A stretch of 64,000 nucleotides of DNA from a virus (Duplodnaviria; Caudoviricetes): positions 6,111 to 70,110 of the IMG/VR virus record IMGVR_UViG_642918884_000001; one strand, 5' to 3'. Below are positions 9,286-19,528 of this stretch, piece by piece; position 1 is the stretch's first letter, and every line of letters starts with the position of its first letter. Below the pieces are notes generated by a model that searched no databases, was not told the DNA's origin, and saw only the letters and a program-made list of their open reading frames with translations. The translations under genes were made by a program, and so were the position numbers.

Positions 9286-9621
9286 ATGGCGAACGCTCCG
9301 CAGCGACCGGCAGGCATCCCTTCGACTGCCGAGCTGGCCGCGACCACTCCCGACGACCGAGACGTGACCGAGCGCGCGCCCGGTCCGGACACCAGCGGCA
9401 AGCGCGTGCGCGCGATTCCGACGCACGGTGGAACTTCCGTCGTTCTCGAAACCGCCGATTTCGAACAGGTCGGTGTGAAGGGCCATCCGCGAGTTGTGTG
9501 GAATTTCCGGAAGGACAATTTCACCGTTTCGGTCGGTTCGGAGAGCGGCCAGATCTCGGAGGCCGCAGCCGACGCGATCACGAAGCACGAGCCGACTCGG
9601 TTCGAATACCTGAACGACTAA
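9286..9621 (+). CDS. Hypothetical tail-region protein
   Basis: Good codon bias; AGGA RBS before ATG 9286. Confidence 0.7.
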   Translation: MANAPQRPAGIPSTAELAATTPDDRDVTERAPGPDTSGKRVRAIPTHGGTSVVLETADFEQVGVKGHPRVVWNFRKDNFTVSVGSESGQISEAAADAITKHEPTRFEYLND

Positions 9622-9639
9622 TGCGGACGGATTCGGCAA

Positions 9640-9837
9640 ATGGCCGATATCCGTTGCAAGAGTCGGAAACACGGCGAACTAACTGAACAGGGATCGGGGA
9701 TTCTCGAAATCATCTGTACTTCGAGATTCTGCAAAGAAACCCCGAACGAGGTTGTTCGACATCGTTGGGATCTCGGAAAGTTGAATTCCGACGGATCGAT
9801 CAAACTGACAGAAACAAGACGGTTCAAAAAGATATAA
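9640..9837 (+). CDS. Small Zn-ribbon-like (Mu Com-like) protein
   Basis: DIRCKSRKHG...LEIICTSRFC; directly precedes the major tail gene. Confidence 0.55.
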   Translation: MADIRCKSRKHGELTEQGSGILEIICTSRFCKETPNEVVRHRWDLGKLNSDGSIKLTETRRFKKI

Positions 9838-9853
9838 CGAAAGGGAACCGAAG

Positions 9854-10705
9854 ATGAGCGCTCCGGTTGCAGACGCACTCCCCTATGGTGTGCGCGATTG
9901 CAAGCTGACCGAGTACATCGACGCTGCCGGAAACGTTCTCGGTTCCACCAGCGTCGATCTGCCGTACATGCAAACCCTGTCCTTCTCGGAATCCGAGGAA
10001 TTTCAGGAGTTGCGCGGCGACGACAAGCTGATCACCACGCGCGGCCAGGGTGCGCAGGTCGATTGGGATCTCGAAGCGGGCGGCATGAGCACGCCGGTTT
10101 GGGCGATCCTCACCGGTGGCGATGTGGTCGAATCCGGCCTCACGCCGAACCGCGTGATCGAACTGCGGAAGAAGGCAACGCAGTCTCGCCCGTTCTTCCG
10201 AATCGACGGAAAGATCATTTCCGATTCGGGCGGCGATATCCTCGTTCGCATTTACCGGTGCCGGTGCAACGATACCATCGACGCCGATTTCAGCGACGGT
10301 GAGTTCATGACGACCGCCGTTTCCGGCGTCGGCCTGCCGTTGCTGGACGACACCAACGACCTGCTCTACTCGATCTTCCGTCGCGAGACCAGCGCCGCTC
10401 TGACGCTGACTCCCGATCCGAACCCGGTTCAGTCGCCGCTTAATCTGACTGCCGGGTCGGTCACCGGAACGTCGCCGTCCGCGTCCGTCGCGCTGACGTG
10501 GACTCCGGTCGCCGGGGCAACCGCGTACGTGGTGGAGAAGTCCACGGATGCCGGTGCCACCTGGGAATCGGCAATCACCAACCCGACTTCGGCGAACGCG
10601 ACTCCGACCGGCCTTTCCAGCGGTTCGGTCAAGTTTCGCGTTTCGGCGATTGTCGGTGGCGTGACCTCCGACCCCTGCCCGCCCATCACGGTAACCATCC
10701 CGTAA
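9854..10705 (+). CDS. Major tail protein with a C-terminal FN3/Ig-like domain
   Basis: LPYGVRDCKLT...QELRGDD tail-tube motifs; C-terminal LTWTPVAGATAYVVEKS...FRVSA is FN3-like. Confidence 0.9.
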   Translation: MSAPVADALPYGVRDCKLTEYIDAAGNVLGSTSVDLPYMQTLSFSESEEFQELRGDDKLITTRGQGAQVDWDLEAGGMSTPVWAILTGGDVVESGLTPNRVIELRKKATQSRPFFRIDGKIISDSGGDILVRIYRCRCNDTIDADFSDGEFMTTAVSGVGLPLLDDTNDLLYSIFRRETSAALTLTPDPNPVQSPLNLTAGSVTGTSPSASVALTWTPVAGATAYVVEKSTDAGATWESAITNPTSANATPTGLSSGSVKFRVSAIVGGVTSDPCPPITVTIP

Positions 10706-10711
10706 GACGCA

Positions 10712-10758
10712 AATTCGCCGGATTGTGTGGACTTCCCCGGCACACAATCCGGCGAATT
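10712..10758 (+). terminator. Long hairpin after the major tail gene
   Basis: AATTCGCCGGATTGTGTG / CACACAATCCGGCGAATT: 18-bp perfect inverted repeat with an 11-nt loop. Confidence 0.7.
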
Positions 10759-10800
10759 GCTGTAAAACAGAAAATCCACTAGGACGCCAAGGAGCGCAGG

Positions 10801-11322
10801 ATGACTGACATCGATCTCTCCAAGTACGAAACCGACGACTGGGGCAAGGACAACGATTCGAAGAAGCCCTTTGAATTCACCGTTCCATCCGGCAAAACCG
10901 TTCTGGTGCGCCGTCTCGACATGACCGATATCCTCCGTCTCGGCATGATCGAAGATCTCGACTTCATGGCGAAGGCTCTCGTCACCGACGATAAGAAGCC
11001 CGCCGACAAGACCGGTCCCGAAGAGGACACTTCGGTCATTCTCAAGGCAATCGGCAACGCGCAGAATTTCTCCAAGATGGAGAACATGATCAACGCGATT
11101 GTCGTTCACGGCGTGGTTGCGCCGACTCTGTACGCGCCGCCGTTGCACGACAATGCCCGCCAGGCTGGTTTGCGCTACGTCGATTCCGTCGATTTCACCG
11201 ATCGAGTTGCCATCTTCTCTGTCGTTTTCGATTCGGAGGGCCTGTCCACCTTTCGCGAGGAATCGCAGCCTAGTGTGGCAAACCTACCAGATGGCGACAG
11301 CGTTCCACTGCCCACCGAGTGA
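10801..11322 (+). CDS. Tail assembly chaperone (G)
   Basis: Between the major tail and tape measure genes; AAGGAG RBS. Confidence 0.85.
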   Translation: MTDIDLSKYETDDWGKDNDSKKPFEFTVPSGKTVLVRRLDMTDILRLGMIEDLDFMAKALVTDDKKPADKTGPEEDTSVILKAIGNAQNFSKMENMINAIVVHGVVAPTLYAPPLHDNARQAGLRYVDSVDFTDRVAIFSVVFDSEGLSTFREESQPSVANLPDGDSVPLPTE

Positions 11323-11623
11323 TCTTTGGTGCTTCGATGCTGCGACTCCAAAAGGCTATTACTTTAATCGCGGTGTCTTTTTGTTTGGCCGGATGCTTGA
11401 GTCTGAAATGGCAGCGGCAGAAAAGAAAGCGCGAAAGAATCGCAAGGGAATCGCAGCTGACCGTCTTGCCAACGGCGCTCGCCTTGGCGTACTTCAAAAA
11501 CATCTCGGCGGCGAAATCCAAAGATTCCGCGACCCGGCAGCAGTTAAGGGTGCAGTAAAAGGCGATCCACAAAATCCGGACACATCTAAAACTAAAGACG
11601 AAGTAGTTCGTTGGAAGATTTGA
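11252..11623 (+). CDS. Tail assembly chaperone frameshift extension (T part of GT)
   Basis: Overlapping open +1 frame (…FARNRSLVWQTYQMATAFHCPPSDLW…) with no good start; candidate slip site TTT CGC at 11251. Confidence 0.7.
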   Translation, partial: FARNRSLVWQTYQMATAFHCPPSDLWCFDAATPKGYYFNRGVFLFGRMLESEMAAAEKKARKNRKGIAADRLANGARLGVLQKHLGGEIQRFRDPAAVKGAVKGDPQNPDTSKTKDEVVRWKI

Positions 11624-11639
11624 CCGGAAAGGGCATGCC

Positions 11640-14600
11640 GTGACTTCGCCAGGTTCGCCGAATTATGATCTCGGCACTGCCCACGGTCGGATCAAAATCG
11701 ATGTTGACGACCGGGGAACGAGACAGGCCGACCGGACGCTTGAGCAATTCGTCCGGACGGTCAAAAAGCTAGAGCGTCAGTTCGCGACTTTCCAAACGTC
11801 GCTGAACAAAATGGAACGCGAGATCAAGAATCTCGGTCGGGATTTCAATAAAACCGAAAAGGACGCCAAGCGTTACGAGCGCGCCACTGATGAAGTGGAC
11901 GGCGCGCAGGTTAACGCAGCCCGGTCTACGTCGAACTGGCGTGTGCAACTGCGCAATCTCGGCGGAACGCTGAGTACGGCATCGGACACGATTCGTCGCG
12001 CCGCACAGCATGCGCGAGATTTCGGCAGTGCGATGAACTTCTCCGGAACAGAAGTTCATCGTGGCCGACGAGAAGTGGACGTTCTGAACGTCCGTTTGCG
12101 AGATCTGATCAATCGCTTGCAGGCCGCAGCGAACGCAGCGAACGATTTCGGCGGAATGATTGCCAACGCGCTTGCCATATGGCATCGCTGGGGGCAGGCC
12201 GACAGCATGGGCGGATTCGTCCGTTCGTTCCGTGGGCTGCCGGTAGCCGGAAATGCGCTTGGCTTGTTGGCCGGTCGCATGCTCGGACTGAACAAAGCCA
12301 TGAAGGACATTCCGACATGGCAAAAGTCGATTCTCAAGCTGGTCGGTGCATTTCAGGGCGCAGCTCTTGCGGCGAAACTGTTTGATATCAGTTTCAATAA
12401 GATTTTCCGCGTAAACTGGCATCCGCTGAAAAAGATCAGCGATACGGTTGGGGAATTTTCGTTTCACGTTATGCGTGCGATCGCCCCAAGCGGCAAGCTC
12501 GGGGAACAGGTTCTTCGACTGAATTCGGCGATTCGCAAGTTCGGCATTGGCGCGGCAGAGTCGATTGCCGGTGTTGCGCTCATGCGACAGGGCTTGAGGG
12601 GTTTGGCCGACCGGTTCGGATTCATTACCAAGATCAAACCGGCGATGTTGCTCGCCATTGGCGCAGCCGCTTCCGTCGCTTCTGCCGGGGTAGAAGTTCT
12701 CGGTAAAGGTCTCGTTTGGATTGGCAACATTCTGAACGGATTGCTGAATGGCGTTACTCAGCTCGCTGGCGGGTTGCTCGCGCTCCCTGGCGTTTTCGCC
12801 ACGATTGGTGTTGCGGTCGGAACGCTGACGGCAATCTTTACGGGATTCACTAAGATTTTCGAGGATCTGTTCAAGAATATGGACGATCCGGAGAAGTTTG
12901 CGGCAGCGATGGAAAAGGTTCCTCCGCAATTCCGCAATCTCGGTCGAGTTCTCGTTGACACCGTGAAGTCCCTCAAGGGCCTTCGCGAAGAAATGATGAC
13001 GACGTTTGCGCAGGGAGCAGACAAAGACGTAGAAGCGCTCGCGAAGCAATTCATGGGTCCGCTGCGACACGGCGCATTGGTTGTTTCGCAAGCGTTCGTG
13101 GATACGCGATCCAAGATTATGGATCTGCTCACGGCGCAGCAGACCGTTCAAGACTTCGGATTGGCGTTTACTTACGCTTCCGGAACGATTCGGAATCTCA
13201 ACAAAGCGATTGTTCCGGTCGGCAGTGGGTTGCGAGATATCGCAGTTGTCGGCATGGAATTCATTCGCAACCTTTCTGCCGGTGCCGAGGGATTGACGCA
13301 GCGATTCGCCGAGTGGGCGCGCGTTAACCGTGAAAACGGTAACCTCATGCGGTGGATGGAAAACGCCGTACAGGGGGCAAAGGATCTCGCAAACGGACTG
13401 TGGGATCTGACGAAAGCCCTGTGGACGATCCTCACGATGTTCGCCAACGATTCCGGCGACAACGCGCTTGAGCGTTTTGCCGATTCGATGGAAAAGTTCA
13501 ACGCTGCCGTTGAAAAGAGCGCCGCGACCGGATTCATCAAGTCGTTCGGCGATGCTGTGCGCGGTCTCGGCACTGAAAAGATCGACCGTCTGAAAGAAAT
13601 TCTGATCGATCTCTGGGATACCTTGCAAAGCGTTATCCCGGTCGTTCAGCAAATTTCGTCGGCATTCTCCGATGTGTTCGTTCCGGCGCTGAAACTTGCC
13701 CTGGAAATTGTGGAGCAATTCTTCAATTTCTTGGATGGTCTCGGCCTCAATACTTACATCGGCTGGATTCTCGGCCTTGCTGCCGGATTCAAGATTTTGG
13801 CCGCAGTGATCGGCCCGCTGCGAAACCTGATTCAGGTGATTTCCGGTATCGGTCTCGCATTTGCCGGATTCAAGCGATTGGCTTCCGGTGTAGTTGACAT
13901 TCTCTACTACTTCGGCGGCGCTGGACAAAAGGCTCATGCCGGTCTCAGTAAGGTCGGCGCAGCCCTGTCCGGAATGATCGGGCCGCTGACCGCAGTAGCC
14001 GCAGCTTTCCTGTTGTTCATCGGCATGATGAATAACAACGACGACAACCTCAAGACTTTCCGCGAATCGCTGGCAAAGTCGGCAGAGTCGGCAAAGACGT
14101 TCAAAGAGGAACTGCGAGACGCATTCTCGGCTGATCTCGGTCTGTCCGGAAAGAATGTTTTCGACCAGATCAAGAGTCGCACGACCGACGTTATCAACGA
14201 ACAGAAGGATCTCGCCAAGCAAGTTCCCGGCATCTGGGACAACATTTCGAACTACTTCGCCGGTGGTCGGGCCGACCGTGAAAATGAGTCGGATCGATCC
14301 ACAAATGGTGAGGGTCCGAATATTCCGACGAGTCAGACTCGCGCTTTCAATGATCTGCAAAAGCGCACGCAAGATGCGGCGCACGCTCAAGCGGCATTCG
14401 ACCGGCTCGGACTTTCCAGCGAGGATCTTGCCGGAAAGATCACAGCGTCGGAATCGGCGTTCAACGATTTTGTCAGCACGTTGCGAAACAGCGGCGAAGA
14501 GGGCGGCAACGAAGCTGCCGATGTTTTGCAGCGAATTCGCGACGAATACGCGCAGACCCAAGCAGAATTCGCAAAAGCCGGAACTGGCAGTGTCAAACTC

Positions 14601-17600
14601 GTTCAAGGAATTCAGGCAATTGCCGATGCTGCCGGGGATTCGTCAAGCAAGCTGGATGGTCTCAAAACGGCTTTGCAGGGTCTCGGCCTTTTGCAGACTT
14701 CACAACTTGACGCAGCTTTTGCGTACGCGAAATCGATCCGCGAGATTGGGGACAACGCTGCGACTTTGGTCGATAGCAGCCAACCGCTCAACGATATTCT
14801 CGATGCGCAAACCGGCCTTTACAACGTAAATTCGGTCAACGCCGAAAATCTGCGCAACGCCATCGCAGGACTTGCTAGCGATTTCCTCAATGCTGCCGCC
14901 AACGGCGAAAACGTTCAGGAAAAATGGGCACAGATGCAGCCCGCGTTGCAATCGCTGGCAAGCGCATTCGACATTCCCATCGAAAAGGTTCGGGAACTCG
15001 CAGCGCTCGAAGGCGCAGTTCCCGACGTTGTGTCGATTCTGGTCAACGTCAAGGGTGGCGACAAGATCGGCGAACAGCTCGCCGCGATTGTTGCCAAGCT
15101 GCAAACGACGACCGCAGGCCAGGAAATCACCATTCCGGTTGTTCCCGGCGCAGATACCGAAAAGATCAAGCAGGCAATTGAATCCGCGCTTGGTCCGGTC
15201 GTTGGTGCGATTTCCGAAGACACCATTACGATCAAGCCCGGTGTTGATCCGGTTGCGCTCGAAAAGCTCAAGGCGCAGCTTTCGCAGAATGGCATTGCGC
15301 TTCCCGGCGCTCCCCCGCCGAAGCCGGTCACTATGCCGGTTGATCCGAATAAGCCGGGTCCGAAACCGCCATATCAGCCGCCACCAGAAGCGCCGAAGAA
15401 TCCGCCCGTTGTCGCGCCCGCGCCCGCTGATCAGGCCGCGCTCGACAAGGCGAATCAGACGATTGCCGATCTGAAAAAGCAGATCGATGAACTGAACGCC
15501 AAGCCGGTAAATGTTCAGATCGACACCGGAACTCTGGACGAAGTAAAGTCCCAGATTCAGGAAGTCAAGAATGTCGTTGCGGACGGCAAGCTTGAATTCA
15601 CGATCATTGCCAAGGGCTACGACGAGACGAATTACGTTCTCAACACGGTCAAGACGACAATTGCGAGTTTGATCGCAGAGGTCGATAAGATCGCACCGGC
15701 ATTCCAGAAGGCTTTTGCCACGACGCCGATGGATTCGTTTGCGTCTCGCATGCAGGCTCTCGTTTCTCAGATGCGGACTTTTGGTCAGCAAATCGTTTCT
15801 GAGTTTGCGCAGGGCATGTTGGACAGCAAGCAGGCGATTGACGACGCCGGTCACACAATCGCGCAGGCGGTGCAGGACTACCTCAAGCCGGGGTCGCCCA
15901 CGAAGAAGGGTCCGCTCTCGGGGTCGGGCTGGACCTACCTGTCCGGTGGCCGGATCGTGACCGACTTCGCTTCCGGCATGACCGACAGCGCGGGGTCCGT
16001 GGCGTCCGCTGGCAGCACGGTAGCAGGCGGCGCGGCTCAAGCCCTACAGGGACCGTATGACTTCGGCAAGTTTTTGGGCCGTTTGCAGCAATTGGTGGCT
16101 TTTGGGGAACATCTAACCGACGTTATCGGAAAAGCAGCGGATACGGTTTTCCAAGCTCTCAAGTTTATCTCTGATCCGACTGGATCTGGAAAGTTCTTCG
16201 GTCAAAGTCCCGGCGCAGCTTTCGGATTCCGTCGAGATCCGAATATTTCTGACGAGGACTTGCAGAAGAAACGCGATGATGCGCTGCAAGCCAAACTTAG
16301 CAGTGCTGCCGCTTCCGGCACAAAAGACGGAGTTGCCGCAGGGCTGAAAGATTTGCCCGGCATGGCGGGTCTTGCCGGGATCGCAAATCCGTCTGTTGAC
16401 GAAATCGCCGCAGCCGTTGTTGGTGAAGGTGTCAATCGCGGCGATACTCGCGAAGCCATCATCAAGGCACTTCCGACCGAATTGAGCAAGTTCGGTAAAA
16501 CGTTGGAGGGCAACGCTGGCGACATTTACGACGAAATCATTTCGTCGTTGAGTAGTCCGCGCGCAACTAGCGCCAGCGGAATGACCGGCGCATACACGAG
16601 CGATCAGGCATTGCTCGCGCGCGTTCCTGCCGGTCGCTACTCGCAGACCGGAAACGCCGATCTGACAAAGGGTCTCGCAGATTGCTCTAGCGCAGTTGAG
16701 GATCTGGTCAACATCATGGACGGTCGCCCAACCGGTGGCCGTTCGATGAACACTGGAAACGCCGCACAGTGGCTTACCGAGCATGGGTTCGTTCCTGGTG
16801 CTGGTGGCGAAGGCGATTTCCGCGTTGCGTTCAACGTGAGCCATATGCAGGCAACGCTTCCTGGTGGAACTCCGTTCAACTGGGGAAGCGATGCAGCGGC
16901 AGCTCGCGGCGGAATCGGTGGATCGGGCGCAGACGATCCGTCGCTTACTCGTCGGTTCTACCGCCCCGGTGGTGCGACGGCTCACGGCTTGGGCGCAAGC
17001 CCCGGTCCGGATCTTTCCGAGCTGACTCCGCAAGAGCTGGAACGGCTGAACACGACGCAAGGTCTGTCGCTGAAAACCGAAGAACAGATGTTGTTTGAAC
17101 TTCGGCAGAACAACAGCGCGTTGGATGAAGCGATCACTATCGGTCAGAATCCGGATTCGACTGATGCACAGGTGATTTCGTCGCTTTCCGAGATTCAGCG
17201 GGCGATTGATTCGTCGGCGACGAACGATACCGCAATGGGTCGGCAGCAGACCCAATCGCTGGAATCGATCAAGTCCAGCATCATGGGTGAGCGCGGAATC
17301 ACCGAAGGCGTGAATCCGATTGACGCCGCGTCGTCTATCGCTTCCGGCGCGACCAGCATCGCGAAAGACATTTTCGGAGTTATCAATTCGTCTCTCGACG
17401 CTATCGGTGGCGCGAAAAACATTGCCGACACGTTGGTTCGGGGAATCGAAAACTCCGAAGACATCTACAACATGGTTGACGAGATTCAGAAGTTCATCGA
17501 CCTCGCTGCGCGCGTGGCCGGTGCAGTCTCGTCGGTCAGCGGAACAATCGGCGGAATCGTCTCTGCCGCAGGCGGTGCCGATCCGTCCGGTGGTGCAAGT

Positions 17601-18005
17601 GGTGCGGCCTCTGCGCTGCAAGGGATTTCGGCGATTTCTGGAATCATTTCTGGCGCGCTGGATACCGTCAACGGAATCATCGATCTCACTCAAGAGGCGT
17701 ACCGGATCTTCGGTACATACTTCGGAGAGTTCCTTGGTTTCTTGGCCGGTGGCACTTCGCAATTGGAGGGGAACGTCAAGTTCCTGTTGGATGAAAACGA
17801 CAAAACTCTGAAAGCGTACAGCCAAGACAATCCGCTCGATAAGCGCGAACACGCGTTGCCGGGGCAGGGTCAAGCGCCAGAACAGCAACCCGCCATCGGC
17901 GAATTGAACGTGTTCCCAGAGCGCGGCGCAGACCCCGCCGAACTGACTCGGACTATGATGTTCGCAGTGAAGACCGCCGGAATGGGATCGAGTAATCAGC
18001 AATGA
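11640..18005 (+). CDS. Tape measure protein (2121 aa) with an embedded NlpC/P60-like hydrolase motif
   Basis: Longest ORF, helical and Ala/Gly-rich, follows the chaperone genes; ADCSSAV...SHMQATL motif near 16670-16860. Confidence 0.95.
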   Translation: MTSPGSPNYDLGTAHGRIKIDVDDRGTRQADRTLEQFVRTVKKLERQFATFQTSLNKMEREIKNLGRDFNKTEKDAKRYERATDEVDGAQVNAARSTSNWRVQLRNLGGTLSTASDTIRRAAQHARDFGSAMNFSGTEVHRGRREVDVLNVRLRDLINRLQAAANAANDFGGMIANALAIWHRWGQADSMGGFVRSFRGLPVAGNALGLLAGRMLGLNKAMKDIPTWQKSILKLVGAFQGAALAAKLFDISFNKIFRVNWHPLKKISDTVGEFSFHVMRAIAPSGKLGEQVLRLNSAIRKFGIGAAESIAGVALMRQGLRGLADRFGFITKIKPAMLLAIGAAASVASAGVEVLGKGLVWIGNILNGLLNGVTQLAGGLLALPGVFATIGVAVGTLTAIFTGFTKIFEDLFKNMDDPEKFAAAMEKVPPQFRNLGRVLVDTVKSLKGLREEMMTTFAQGADKDVEALAKQFMGPLRHGALVVSQAFVDTRSKIMDLLTAQQTVQDFGLAFTYASGTIRNLNKAIVPVGSGLRDIAVVGMEFIRNLSAGAEGLTQRFAEWARVNRENGNLMRWMENAVQGAKDLANGLWDLTKALWTILTMFANDSGDNALERFADSMEKFNAAVEKSAATGFIKSFGDAVRGLGTEKIDRLKEILIDLWDTLQSVIPVVQQISSAFSDVFVPALKLALEIVEQFFNFLDGLGLNTYIGWILGLAAGFKILAAVIGPLRNLIQVISGIGLAFAGFKRLASGVVDILYYFGGAGQKAHAGLSKVGAALSGMIGPLTAVAAAFLLFIGMMNNNDDNLKTFRESLAKSAESAKTFKEELRDAFSADLGLSGKNVFDQIKSRTTDVINEQKDLAKQVPGIWDNISNYFAGGRADRENESDRSTNGEGPNIPTSQTRAFNDLQKRTQDAAHAQAAFDRLGLSSEDLAGKITASESAFNDFVSTLRNSGEEGGNEAADVLQRIRDEYAQTQAEFAKAGTGSVKLVQGIQAIADAAGDSSSKLDGLKTALQGLGLLQTSQLDAAFAYAKSIREIGDNAATLVDSSQPLNDILDAQTGLYNVNSVNAENLRNAIAGLASDFLNAAANGENVQEKWAQMQPALQSLASAFDIPIEKVRELAALEGAVPDVVSILVNVKGGDKIGEQLAAIVAKLQTTTAGQEITIPVVPGADTEKIKQAIESALGPVVGAISEDTITIKPGVDPVALEKLKAQLSQNGIALPGAPPPKPVTMPVDPNKPGPKPPYQPPPEAPKNPPVVAPAPADQAALDKANQTIADLKKQIDELNAKPVNVQIDTGTLDEVKSQIQEVKNVVADGKLEFTIIAKGYDETNYVLNTVKTTIASLIAEVDKIAPAFQKAFATTPMDSFASRMQALVSQMRTFGQQIVSEFAQGMLDSKQAIDDAGHTIAQAVQDYLKPGSPTKKGPLSGSGWTYLSGGRIVTDFASGMTDSAGSVASAGSTVAGGAAQALQGPYDFGKFLGRLQQLVAFGEHLTDVIGKAADTVFQALKFISDPTGSGKFFGQSPGAAFGFRRDPNISDEDLQKKRDDALQAKLSSAAASGTKDGVAAGLKDLPGMAGLAGIANPSVDEIAAAVVGEGVNRGDTREAIIKALPTELSKFGKTLEGNAGDIYDEIISSLSSPRATSASGMTGAYTSDQALLARVPAGRYSQTGNADLTKGLADCSSAVEDLVNIMDGRPTGGRSMNTGNAAQWLTEHGFVPGAGGEGDFRVAFNVSHMQATLPGGTPFNWGSDAAAARGGIGGSGADDPSLTRRFYRPGGATAHGLGASPGPDLSELTPQELERLNTTQGLSLKTEEQMLFELRQNNSALDEAITIGQNPDSTDAQVISSLSEIQRAIDSSATNDTAMGRQQTQSLESIKSSIMGERGITEGVNPIDAASSIASGATSIAKDIFGVINSSLDAIGGAKNIADTLVRGIENSEDIYNMVDEIQKFIDLAARVAGAVSSVSGTIGGIVSAAGGADPSGGASGAASALQGISAISGIISGALDTVNGIIDLTQEAYRIFGTYFGEFLGFLAGGTSQLEGNVKFLLDENDKTLKAYSQDNPLDKREHALPGQGQAPEQQPAIGELNVFPERGADPAELTRTMMFAVKTAGMGSSNQQ

Positions 18006-19528
18006 CAGCGCCAGCGATGAATTTGCTTCCCGGCCAGTACCAGATCTCAAATCTGGTGCTGGGCAAGGGAACCAACGTCCGCGTCACCGGATTCGAGATC
18101 GATCCGGACGAAATTGCAAACCAGGATTACCAGCGCTCGCGTGCAAGCGAGAAGCAGTTCGGCGTGGATCAGTTTGCGCCAGGGATCATTACGATCACTT
18201 TCAAAGTGATGAAGAACTACATTCGCGAAAATGCTTTCAACCCACTAGGTTTGACGAACGACATTTTCAACGGCAATGTCACGGTTGATCAGCTCCACAA
18301 GATCTGGCGCAATGACGCGGGACGACAGGTGTGGGGTTCGCTTATGCCGGTTTACGTCTGCGGGCAAGATGGCATCACGCGCGTAATCTATGGCAGGCCA
18401 GGGAAATTCAAATACGAACGTCGTCCGCACGATTTCGCCGGGTGGATCGAATGCACGGCGGAATGGCGCAAAGCCGACACATTGGCCTACACCGCAGAAG
18501 AGTCCGTGGTCGAAATGACCGAAGGCGCAAACGCTTCGAATCTGACTCGCCTTCTGGGGGACTGTGATTCGTGGTTCCGGATCGTGGCCGAAGGGCCGAT
18601 GACCCATCCGATCTTCACCGTGGGCGACGAACAAATCGAACTCGACTACAACATCGCAGACGGCGAAATCGTAGAGATCAGCTCGTATCCCCACCAACGA
18701 CGAATCGTGAACAGCTCGCGAGTTAACTTGATTCGCAAGATGATTGGAAAGACGAACTATCTCGACCGACTCGTGCTTCCGGCACAGACGACCGTTCCGA
18801 TTCGATGGACGAGCGACGACGTAAACACGTTCGTTCCGACGCTCGGTAACGCGTCGTGGGTCGAAGACATCAACGATCTGAACTACTTCAATCTCCCCGA
18901 AACGTTCGACAACATCGGCGGTCGGGTTGTCGTCCGGTTCGACCTGTTCAACCCCGAACGGCCACGGAAATTCCTTGGTTCAGGGATGCTCGGAACTACG
19001 TCGGCAGCGCTTTACACCGAAAAGCTTTTTGCCACGCAAGAGCAATACGCGCAAGCGAAAGTCGTTGAGCCGTGGGGCGGTCGAAGCGGCATCGTGATCA
19101 TGAGCAATGCCGACATGACGAACTACCTCGTGCTCGAAGTATCTGCGGGTCCGTTCGGAAACGACCGAATCAGATTGCGAACTGGCACAGCGTATAACGC
19201 GTACTCGGCAGTTCTGGACGAGTACGTGAAGCCGTCGAGTTGGACCGAAAACGATTGGGTCGGAGTCGGTTACGATCCGGCGACGAACACTTTCCACGGA
19301 TACCTTAACGGCACTTCCGTTGTGGATTGGGAAGATACGGGAAACGTGGTCAACAAGGCCAACCGTCACTCCGGACTGATCTTCGACATGGACGGCAATT
19401 TGCTTTCCATCGGAACCGGTTTCGCCGATTTCATGGGCTATGACAAGGTTCCCGGTGGTGGTGGGGGAGGGCCGTCCGGTGGCAAGGCATACTTGCTCTG
19501 GCGCGATGCGTGGAGCACGATTCGATGA
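18002..19528 (+). CDS. Minor tail protein (distal tail-like)
   Basis: First gene after the tape measure; ATGA coupling; ends in LLWRDAW. Confidence 0.85.
   Translation: MTAPAMNLLPGQYQISNLVLGKGTNVRVTGFEIDPDEIANQDYQRSRASEKQFGVDQFAPGIITITFKVMKNYIRENAFNPLGLTNDIFNGNVTVDQLHKIWRNDAGRQVWGSLMPVYVCGQDGITRVIYGRPGKFKYERRPHDFAGWIECTAEWRKADTLAYTAEESVVEMTEGANASNLTRLLGDCDSWFRIVAEGPMTHPIFTVGDEQIELDYNIADGEIVEISSYPHQRRIVNSSRVNLIRKMIGKTNYLDRLVLPAQTTVPIRWTSDDVNTFVPTLGNASWVEDINDLNYFNLPETFDNIGGRVVVRFDLFNPERPRKFLGSGMLGTTSAALYTEKLFATQEQYAQAKVVEPWGGRSGIVIMSNADMTNYLVLEVSAGPFGNDRIRLRTGTAYNAYSAVLDEYVKPSSWTENDWVGVGYDPATNTFHGYLNGTSVVDWEDTGNVVNKANRHSGLIFDMDGNLLSIGTGFADFMGYDKVPGGGGGGPSGGKAYLLWRDAWSTIR

Noticed and set aside
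11769-18050. Long minus-strand ORFs (e.g. 11769-14606, 14700-16040, 16113-18050; also 5485-7116)
   Set aside because: They are antisense shadows of codon-biased + strand genes, with no RBS or recognisable motifs
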